Source: Candidatus Poribacteria bacterium (GTDB taxonomy: Bacteria > Poribacteria > WGA-4E > WGA-3G). From it: a stretch of DNA of 64,000 nucleotides. Shown in pieces: positions 1 through 9,294 of the stretch (positions are counted from its first letter, which is position 1; every line of letters starts with the position of its first letter). The notes under the pieces were generated by a model. It made no database searches, was not told the DNA's origin, and saw only the letters and a list, made by a program, of their open reading frames with translations. The stretch is taken from the NCBI GenBank assembly GCA_963663765.2, contig CAXXUA010000006.1:416001-480000 (forward strand), read 5' to 3'. Both the position numbers and the translations under genes were made by a program.

Positions 1-3000
1 CTTCTAATCGAACCAGTTTGGAATAGAAACAAATTGACAAGTTGTTTTTTATCGCCATCATATTCTTCTTCTAATCGAACCAGTTTGGAATAGAAACTCC
101 CCAAAGAACCGTGAGGTTCTCTGTATAAAGTCATCTTCTAATCGAACCAGTTTGGAATAGAAACATAATAGCATACATATTTAGCTCGGCTATATTTGTC
201 TTCTAATCGAACCAGTTTGGAATAGAAACCAGATACTTTCATATTCTCTTGAAGCAACAATTTCTTCTAATCGAACCAGTTTGGAATAGAAACATCGTTT
301 CACTTCACGGGTATCTAACAAGGAAATATCACTTCTAATCGAACCAGTTTGGAATAGAAACCCAATAAAAATACCGCATACTCATGTTGAGTCGCACTTC
401 TAATCGAACCAGTTTGGAATAGAAACTTTGTTGTCTGCGACAAACGCAATGCGAGTCATGGCTTCTAATCGAACCAGTTTGGAATAGAAACATTTGTAGG
501 AATGAATGACTGTTAAGCTAATTTCATCTTCTAATCGAACCAGTTTGGAATAGAAACCATGTCTACGAGATACCCTACAAGTTATTAGACGCCTTCTAAT
601 CGAACCAGTTTGGAATAGAAACTTGTATATTTCAACTTCAAGGGCATAATCTTCTGTACTTCTAATCGAACCAGTTTGGAATAGAAACTATGTTGAAAAA
701 AGGTTGATGGAGAAACTTGATGACTTCTAATCGAACCAGTTTGGAATAGAAACTCCAGTCCTACCAACCTGACAACCTTGTCTGTCAGACTTCTAATCGA
801 ACCAGTTTGGAATAGAAACAAAGTGAGTCGGCATTGCCGTTGCTGGGATTTACCGGTAACTTCTAATCGAACCAGTTTGGAATAGAAACTATCTCTTCCT
901 TGCCAAGCACCGTCACAGACACCAGCTTCTAATCGAACCAGTTTGGAATAGAAACCTGAGAGACAATCCTGGTGGGATAGTTCCGTTTGCCTTCTAATCG
1001 AACCAGTTTGGAATAGAAACCCTGCTGAAGTTGAGATCACTGATAGTGCAATTATGCCTTCTAATCGAACCAGTTTGGAATAGAAACTCTTACCCGTCAG
1101 CGGACTAATAGCAGACTGCACGATGCTTCTAATCGAACCAGTTTGGAATAGAAACGATATTATCGCTTGTAGCGATAAAGAGTTTTATGACTTCTAATCG
1201 AACCAGTTTGGAATAGAAACTGTCCTGTCTGGCTTTGTAAATGGCTTTTCCTGTGTCCTTCTAATCGAACCAGTTTGGAATAGAAACGGAACTTCCACAA
1301 CTCGGATGACCTCCTCAACTTTTTCTTCTAATCGAACCAGTTTGGAATAGAAACTGGAGTGCTGCATATATTGAGAAATATGGGTATGCCTTCTAATCGA
1401 ACCAGTTTGGAATAGAAACTGTAATCAGAATTATCTATCAATAAATGTGATAACTCACTTCTAATCGAACCAGTTTGGAATAGAAACTTGCGTATTTTCG
1501 GAGTATGGGTTCAAGGTTCTTGACTTCTAATCGAACCAGTTTGGAATAGAAACGAAGGAAAATGCACGAGGGCGGCGCGGTTACTTATACACTTCTAATC
1601 GAACCAGTTTGGAATAGAAACGTTGACAAGTGAAATAATATCGGCTTCGGTGCTTGGGCTTCTAATCGAACCAGTTTGGAATAGAAACTTTGGTCAGCTA
1701 TTTAGGGATGTGTATTTATTACAAGACTTCTAATCGAACCAGTTTGGAATAGAAACTTTACACAGAGTTTCATTAGAGTCTACCCTACTTTTCTTCTAAT
1801 CGAACCAGTTTGGAATAGAAACACAACTGAAATTGCCCATCTTCAATCAAACGAAACATCCTTCTAATCGAACCAGTTTGGAATAGAAACTGTCACGAGT
1901 AACTGCTAAACAGGGCGTGACTTCGGTCGCTTCTAATCGAACCAGTTTGGAATAGAAACATTTTTACGAATATGTATTTTTCGCTTGTTGGGAGGTCACT
2001 TCTAATCGAACCAGTTTGGAATAGAAACCAATTCCTCAAGTCCAAACTGAACTCCCCATAAAGTCCTTCTAATCGAACCAGTTTGGAATAGAAACGCAGT
2101 CTATTGATGTTATGTGTAGGTAGTTTTTTAACTTCTAATCGAACCAGTTTGGAATAGAAACTTTATGTTTTGCGACATAGCAAACGCTACGGCAAGTTGA
2201 CTTCTAATCGAACCAGTTTGGAATAGAAACGCTCTTGCAGGGTTTTGATTGCTTGCTTGCGTTGCTCTCTTCTAATCGAACCAGTTTGGAATAGAAACAC
2301 CAAATTGAGACGTTAGCATTCTGTCATACTTGTACTTCTAATCGAACCAGTTTGGAATAGAAACTTCTTCAATATCTGGATACGATCTATTAGCTACAAA
2401 CTTCTAATCGAACCAGTTTGGAATAGAAACGAAGTTTCTCTTTTATCTCTTCATCGGTAATACGTTTAAACTTCTAATCGAACCAGTTTGGAATAGAAAC
2501 ATTTCTATCGTTGGCTTTCATCATGTTTTCTGCATGCACTTCTAATCGAACCAGTTTGGAATAGAAACGTCGATTTGCTTTTAACAAAGCAAGCGGTTTC
2601 TGATGTTACTTCTAATCGAACCAGTTTGGAATAGAAACTTTACGGGCACGCGTCGTTGGGCAGAGGAGGACGAGGACCTTCTAATCGAACCAGTTTGGAA
2701 TAGAAACCTTGCAATCGTGGTGACTGAGGGTAATTTATTTACCTGCTTCTAATCGAACCAGTTTGGAATAGAAACATTGGTGTATTGTAGGCTTCGCAGG
2801 CGGTTTCCTCTGACTTCTAATCGAACCAGTTTGGAATAGAAACTTACTCCATAGTCAGTCTTATTAGAGTGTGAGAGGAAACTTCTAATCGAACCAGTTT
2901 GGAATAGAAACTGCCTCTGTCTACAGACACATTGAGATCGCCATCTATCTTCTAATCGAACCAGTTTGGAATAGAAACCATGTCGAGAACTGCAATATAA

Positions 3001-4786
3001 TAACAATTCGGATCTTGACTTCTAATCGAACCAGTTTGGAATAGAAACTTGTGGAGTTGTCCACTGCATAATTATGCGCGGTGTTCTTCTAATCGAACCA
3101 GTTTGGAATAGAAACTTCAAAAAGGAGTAAGTAAAACGATGGCAAGTCTTACTTCTAATCGAACCAGTTTGGAATAGAAACTTTCTGTATCGTGAACTGA
3201 TGGACGATCTTGATCATCAGGGCTTCTAATCGAACCAGTTTGGAATAGAAACGAGAATATGTTTTATGAGTTGACGAAGCAGAAAGGCATACTTCTAATC
3301 GAACCAGTTTGGAATAGAAACATGTTGGCTTCGAGTATGCTTAGACTACCGAATGCGATCTTCTAATCGAACCAGTTTGGAATAGAAACTGCAATGCTGT
3401 AGAGGTAGGTTGTCAACTTAGATTCTCTTCTAATCGAACCAGTTTGGAATAGAAACTCAGTCAACTCGTCACGTAATTTCATATTAGACTTCTAATCGAA
3501 CCAGTTTGGAATAGAAACTCTGGGGGACTCAGTAGAAGTATAAACGCCACGTCCGAACTTCTAATCGAACCAGTTTGGAATAGAAACTACAATTTACCAT
3601 TTATGAAAACATGGTAAGGATAATCCTTCTAATCGAACCAGTTTGGAATAGAAACAAGTGTGAGGTTTGTGTAAATCAACTGCCATGTGATACTTCTAAT
3701 CGAACCAGTTTGGAATAGAAACTCAAATGATGCATATTGACGTTTGCTCCTCAGATGTCTTCTAATCGAACCAGTTTGGAATAGAAACCGATTCAAGATG
3801 AATTTGAACTCCCTTATCAGTGGACTTCTAATCGAACCAGTTTGGAATAGAAACTGCTACTAATAGCATTGAAACCGGTGAGAATATCAACCTTCTAATC
3901 GAACCAGTTTGGAATAGAAACCGCATGCCATATACCCCAAAATGTGTCCCAATTTTCTTCTAATCGAACCAGTTTGGAATAGAAACTTTGCAAAAGGTCG
4001 CTATAGCATGAATCGGATACGCTTCTAATCGAACCAGTTTGGAATAGAAACCGCGGTGATACCCAAACACCGCGACGTAATGCAGCCCCACTTCTAATCG
4101 AACCAGTTTGGAATAGAAACATCGCAAAAACAACGTCATCAATCGACATCGCCAGACTTCTAATCGAACCAGTTTGGAATAGAAACTGACCAATACAGGA
4201 TTCAAGCAATTCACTTTTATACTTCTAATCGAACCAGTTTGGAATAGAAACCTCCGTAAATACTACATAACGAAACCCACCTACACTTCTAATCGAACCA
4301 GTTTGGAATAGAAACGATGAATCGGTTAATACGGCTGCTAATATCAAAACTTCTAATCGAACCAGTTTGGAATAGAAACACGTCTTAGCAAAAGCAAGAG
4401 TGGTAAAAACAATTCTTCTAATCGAACCAGTTTGGAATAGAAACTTGAAATGCCAAGAAATCAATCGTGCAAATACTAAACCTTCTAATCGAACCAGTTT
4501 GGAATAGAAACAGTAGTAGAATGTAAATGTACAAGGTAGCATATCAGCAGGGCTTCTAATCGAACCAGTTTGGAATAGAAACGTCATCTGGTGTTTCCAC
4601 TTCATGGGTACTGCACATTATGCTTCTAATCGAACCAGTTTGGAATAGAAACTCGGATGCATGTGACGCGCAGCATTAGACATACCCGACTTCTAATCGA
4701 ACCAGTTTGGAATAGAAACTTGTTTTAACATCTAAGGTCCCCCTGAAAACAGGAAACTTCTAATTGAACCAGTTTGGAATAGAAAC
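1..4786 (+). CRISPR. CRISPR array, main block: 72 repeats CTTCTAATCGAACCAGTTTGGAATAGAAAC (30 bp) with unique ~32-41 bp spacers; continues beyond the left edge
   Basis: Counted 72 near-identical repeats starting at 1, 68, 135 ... 4690, 4757. The 3' GAAAC end resembles type I-A/I-B/III repeats. Variant repeats cluster at the right end, so transcription is probably on + with the leader outside the window. Confidence 0.99.
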
Positions 4787-4959
4787 GTCATTGTCTTCTT
4801 GATGTTGCTTAATAACTTTATATTCTTCTTATCAATACCTTCGCCATTTTTGAGTGCTTCAGTTGAATGAGTCTATAGTGTTGATTTACCATTGCTCTGT
4901 GATATTGTTAGAATTACATAAATAAAAATAACTTCAGGTTTTCGTTGAAGTATTTTTAT

Positions 4960-5082
4960 CAGGACTTACGCAGTTTTCTTGATTTAATCAAGAATTATAT
5001 TGAAAATGATGTAATGAATCAATATTTTTATAGGTTTCCAGCGCGCTTACAAAGCACGCCTACCGTTTTTGTGTAAGTTCTG
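4960..5082. mobile_element. Nested MITE B (TIR CAGGACTTACGCA / TGTGTAAGTTCTG) containing a REP half
   Basis: Imperfect 13-bp TIRs. Absent from the same position of MITE-A copies 2 and 3. Confidence 0.7.
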
Positions 5083-5111
5083 TTTAATTATCATAACGTC
5101 TACTATAGTTT

Positions 5112-5437
5112 CCTTGTTTTCGTCCAAACATGTCGGGATCCAGTTGATCAATGAGAGGTTATCAATCCCAGTCCCTATCTGATTTCAAAAGGGATCGAAA
5201 GGTCTCAAATCACGATACCCTACCTTTGAAACCCACATCATGACTGGGTACCAACATTTTCAAGGCATCTTTGTTATCGGAAAAAGCGATAAAATCGTAG
5301 TTTTTGTTTCCTTTTTCTTTGAAAGGTTCGTTCAAGTTCTGTGCTACCTTTTGAGGTATTATTTTCTCAATGCGGGTATGGGTTTGTGTGTGCTCATAGT
5401 TGGTATGGTTTTCCACATTCATTGGACAAAAACAAGG
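5112..5437. mobile_element. Nested MITE/IS remnant D (TIR CCTTGTTTTCGTCCAA), 6-bp TSD TAGTTT
   Basis: 16-bp TIRs with 1 mismatch. TAGTTT at 5106-5111 and 5438-5443. It splits the left TIR of MITE C, which is intact at 31053. Confidence 0.85.
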
Positions 5438-5552
5438 TAGTTTGGACAATTATCATCTTGTAGAAGTTGATTATTCAACAGAACGTCTATTTTTCTCCGA
5501 GTTTCGTCCATTTGTGAAACTGGAGAAAATGATGTGCTCCAGCGGAGTGTTA

Positions 5553-5863
5553 TACCATTTTCATGTGATAATGTCTCATTAGCAGCGGAAATCTGGTAGG
5601 AGCGAACTCACGGTCGCGACCGGGAGGTCGCTCCTACCGAAGAGAGTAACCCCCTGCCAATAAACATTAGAATTCCTTAATGAGACAAGATTTATTTGAA
5701 TTGGTATAATACCATTTTCATGTGATAATGTCTCATTAGCAGCGGAAATCTGGTAGGAGCGAACTCACGGTCGCGACCGGGAGGTCGCTCCTACCGAAGA
5801 GAGTAACCCCCTGCCAGTAAACAGTAGAATTCCTTAATGAGACAAGATTTATTTGAATTGGTA
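5553..5863. mobile_element. Two tandem copies of a 154-bp MITE E (5553-5706, 5710-5863), TWA target, each with a GTAG REP hairpin
   Basis: TACCATTTTCA...TGAATTGGTA ends separated and flanked by TTA/TAA/TTA. The empty site GGAGTGTTATGT is seen at ~31163-31174. Confidence 0.85.
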
Positions 5864-5967
5864 TTATGTGCGGCTCCAACATACCGCTCCGCTGGAGCGG
5901 GGATACGGGCTGACAATGTGACTATAAACATATTGCTCCGCTGGAGCAAAGAAAGTTCCGTTTTGGT

Positions 5968-6202
5968 CAGGGTTATTCAGTTTTAAAAGTTTTCTGTTAT
6001 TTTGATTTACTGAAAGTTAATACCCAAATGCAGTTTCCTAACTGCACCTTATACATCAATTTTAGACATCAATATTAGATTATTGAAACCTGAACATCGG
6101 TCTTTAGTCCCTACGGGACTAAAGACATGGACAATATGGCAACACATAAAATTAACGACATAGCAGAATATTATCAAAAATATTGAAAACTGAATAACCC
6201 TG
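5968..6202. mobile_element. ISAs1-derived MITE (TIR CAGGGTTATTCAGTTTT)
   Basis: Ends match the autonomous ISAs1 element at 61610-62924. Homologous to 31273-31516. Confidence 0.85.
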
Positions 6203-6267
6203 TTATCATAGCGTCTAATTTGACAATAGAAATGACTATATCAGCAATCTGTCAGAATAATTTATAT

Positions 6268-6766
6268 GCACATTCTGGCAGAATGTGCTACAACTACACG
6301 CACAATCTGGAAGAATGTGCTACAACTACACGCACAATCTGGAAGAATGTGCTACAACTACACGCACAATCTGGAAGAATGTGCTACAACTACATGCACA
6401 ATCTGGAAGAATGTGCTACAACTACACGCACAATCTGGAAGAATGTGCTACAACTACACGCACAATCTGGAAGAATGTGCTACAACTACACGCACAATCT
6501 GGCAGAATGTGCTACAACTACACGCACAATCTGGAAGAATGTGCTACAACTACACGCACAATCTGGAAGAATGTGCTACAACTACACGCACAATCTGGAA
6601 GAATGTGCTACAACTACACGCACAATCTGGAAGAATGTGCTACAACTACATGCACAATCTGGAAGAATGTGCTACAACTACCCGCACAATCTGGAAGAAT
6701 GTGCTACAACTACATGCACAATCTGGAAGAATGTGCTACAACTACATGCACAATCTGGCAGAATGT
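6268..6766 (+). repeat. 32-bp tandem repeat GCACAATCTGGAAGAATGTGCTACAACTACAC, about 15.5 copies, inside MITE A
   Basis: Period of 32 read directly (6301, 6333 ...). No spacers. Confidence 0.97.
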
Positions 6767-6787
6767 CTATTATTGGCGAAGGTATTG

Positions 6788-7020
6788 CTTCTAATCGTAC
6801 CAGTTTGGAATAGAAACTGAAGTATAGCATCAATAAACATAGTTGCTTCATCCTTCGTCTTCTAATCGAACCAGTTTGGAATTGAAACATTCATTATTTG
6901 AATGAGTGTTGCATCCATGCAATCCTTCTAATCGAACCAGTTTGGAATAGAAACGTGTCAGACATTGAGGATTCTTGATATTGCCGACTACTTCTAATCG
7001 AACCAGTTTGGAATAGAAAC
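6788..7020 (+). CRISPR. Trailer end of the same CRISPR array (4 repeats, 3 spacers), cut off by a MITE nest
   Basis: Repeats at 6788, 6859, 6925 and 6991. Two carry single mismatches (ATCGTACC; GAATTGAAAC), typical of the old end of an array. Confidence 0.96.
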
Positions 7021-7137
7021 GGGGATAGCTATCAGTCATCAGTCGTCAGCCTTTTATAGTGAAATATACAATTAACGACTTGTGCCAGTTAACCTATTGT
7101 TTTCAAAGTTTTTACATATATTAGGTTTATAATGCGC

Positions 7138-7412
7138 ACATATCGTCCCTACGGGACTAAAGAGGATGTGCTATGACGTTTTTCTATAAACATATCGTCC
7201 CTACGGGACTAAAGAGGATGTGCTATGACGTTTTTCTATAAACATATCGTCCCTACGGGACTAAAGAGGATGTGCTATGACGTTTTTCTATAAACATATC
7301 GTCCCTACGGGACTAAAGAGGATGTGCTATGACGTTTTTCTATAAACATATCGTCCCTACGGGACTAAAGAGGATGTGCTATGACGTTTTTCTATAAACA
7401 TATCGTCCCTAC
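7138..7412 (+). repeat. 52-bp tandem repeat (5 copies plus a partial) built on the REP-like CATATCGTCCCTACGGGACTAAA
   Basis: CATATCG at 7139, 7191, 7243, 7295, 7347 and 7399. The same motif is dispersed at ~6105, ~8935 and 25640-25985. Confidence 0.95.
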
Positions 7413-7636
7413 CAAATCAACGCCAAATGCGCCAAATCAAGAAATCAACGGTATGAATGCCATTAAGGCATTCCCCGGGTATGAATGCCATTAAGGCATT
7501 CCCCGTATGGCATTTGTCGGGACTGAAGATCGTTTCAAACTATGAAGGACACCTGCAAAACGTCATGCTTATGTGAAACAATGGTTAACATATAGTTATT
7601 TAGCACAACTCGTATAATTAAGTTTACACTTGTTCT

Positions 7637-7701
7637 GTAGGAGCGATCTCCGAATCGCGACTGAACGCTTTGATAGTCGGGATTCGGAGTTCCCTCCTAC
7701 A
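7637..7701. repeat. GTAG-family REP inverted pair (GTAGGAGCGATCTCCGAATCGCGAC ... GTCGGGATTCGGAGTTCCCTCCTAC)
   Basis: The motif recurs at 8086-8150, 8217-8292, ~22339 and ~24335-24357. Confidence 0.7.
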
Positions 7702-8043
7702 CCTGAAAGTGTAATAATAATTCTAAAATCCACTATAATCACTATGCGTTCGGAATCTCGGATTACAGGGAAGAACGCGGAGAAGATACCTACATCTAAT
7801 CTTATTCCTTAGAAAACATTTATCCTCTGCAATAAAATATCAGGAAGGGGTCTTATCCGTGATCCTGTCAGAACCAGGATGGACAGATTACCAGGATTAT
7901 TCTCATCAGATCCTATTTCAAACGAGAACATAAACGCATATCAAAATCACTTGAAGAGGGAAATACTGAAATGATAATAATACTGAAAATCATGGTTTTG
8001 ACAATAAACAAGAATAGAGGATATGTGTTAACTTAGCAATGGA

Positions 8044-8318
8044 CTAGTGCTTAGTCACGTGTTTATTGATGGGGCTAAAAAGAAGTCGGGAATCGGAGTT
8101 CCCTCCTACAATACACAAGACTTCTGTAGGAGCGATCCTCGAATCGAGACCTACAATAGTATGTTGACTCAACACTAGTGCTTAGTCACGTGTTTATTGA
8201 TGGGGCTAAAAAGAAGTCGGGAATCGGAGTTCCCTCCTACAATACACACAATATACAAGACTTCTGTAGGAGCGATCTCCGAATCGAGACCGACAATAAT
8301 ATGTTGACTCAACACTAG
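8044..8318. mobile_element. Two tandem copies of a ~135-bp REP-containing MITE joined and flanked by CTAG
   Basis: CTAGTGCTTAGTCA...TGACTCAACACTAG occurs twice, with CTAG at 8044, 8175 and 8315. Confidence 0.8.
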
Positions 8319-8422
8319 GGGTTGGAATAGAATATGCTTATTTTAAAATGAGTTAGGTTTTGATAATTAGCATTATCAAACATTATACAAAGTTCAACAC
8401 TTTTTCAAAAAGGGAATATCGT

Positions 8423-8611
8423 ATGATAAAACTTATCAGATTTATTCTTTTCATGGTCATCGCACTTACTTCAGTTATTCTGTGGTTTAAATACAATAGC
8501 GAGTGGGGCACTGCAATAGTGCTTGGTGGTCTTGCTATCGATTTTTGTTTATATACTTATTCCTTTAGTCGCGACGTGGATGGCGACATAATAGAGGACA
8601 AACGTTCATAG
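8423..8611 (+). CDS. Small hypothetical membrane protein (62 aa, two hydrophobic segments); possibly a truncated gene
   Basis: ATG follows AAGGGA. Sequence MIKLIRFILFMVIALTSVILWF...AIVLGGLAIDFCLY. Confidence 0.45.
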   Translation: MIKLIRFILFMVIALTSVILWFKYNSEWGTAIVLGGLAIDFCLYTYSFSRDVDGDIIEDKRS

Positions 8612-8803
8612 TGTCTTTGATCAGTTATGCTTTTGCCTTCCTTGTCATACTGGCTACTACGTGATATTAGCACTATCAAACCTATTTGTAAGGTTTCGGC
8701 TATACATTTTGTGATTATATTTCTAAGATTTTGGTAGTGCATATACACCGCGTTGGACTCGGACAACCTCACCTTTTTCAACAAGCCTTGAATACATTCA
8801 AAT

Positions 8804-9130
8804 GGGTGTGTAATGTTTTTGTACAGAGGTACAAACTTTTGTTCTCTTTAGTCACGTAGAGACGCAATGTATATAGAAAGACGTTATCATCCCTCTCTTG
8901 AGTCACGTAGGAACGACATAGAAGGATAAACGTATCGTCCCTACGTGACTCAAGAAAATGGTTAATATTAACAATATTTCTTTATATTGACACCTAATAA
9001 CGTTTGTCAATCAAAATCGGTAGTTGAATTCGTAGGGGTTGGGTTCCCCAACCCGTTTGGTTTTTGAGTTTGCGTAGATCATGTATGGAAACCCCGCCCG
9101 TACGCTCAGTAACAAAAACTTTACACACCC
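8804..9130. mobile_element. MITE with IS256-like ends (GGGTGTGTAA...TTTACACACCC), 9-bp TSD CATTCAAAT, filled with REPs
   Basis: TSD at 8795-8803 and 9131-9139. Related solo ends at ~16220-16238, ~27697 and ~29834. Confidence 0.85.
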
Positions 9131-9294
9131 CATTCAAATAATAAAGTGGATTAAATCTACTATTTATAATATAATTACAGTTTATCTATAAATCTTAGTT
9201 GGTGTGTTTTTTTAAACGTTACTTTAGTTTAGACAATAATAGGAGCGGACATTCCTCACCAACTTATAAGGATGGGAAGGAATGCCCAAATATT

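Larger units (their letters stand above)
4833..6787. mobile_element. MITE family A, copy 1 (TIR CAATACCTTCGCCA), carrying nested elements and inserted into a CRISPR repeat
   Basis: CAATACCTTCGCCA at 4833 and TGGCGAAGGTATTG ending at 6787. Flanks are CTTCTTAT and CTTCTAAT (8-bp TSD with 1 mismatch = first 8 nt of the repeat). The body matches 17206-18265 and 25177-26128. Confidence 0.9.

Noticed and set aside
427-2200. Partial resemblance between the spacers at ~427 and ~2162 (TTT...TGCGACA...)
   Set aside because: Similarity is too short to show duplication or a shared target.
585-4605. Minus-strand ORFs within the CRISPR array (FYSKLVRLE / FLFQTGSIR)
   Set aside because: They are translations of the repeat, not genes.
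5210-5449. 79-aa ORF within nested element D
   Set aside because: It crosses the element boundary and has no recognisable transposase motif.
6220-6820. Three overlapping repetitive ORFs (also at 25321-25609)
   Set aside because: The 32-bp unit has no stop codon in any + frame; artefact of the VNTR.
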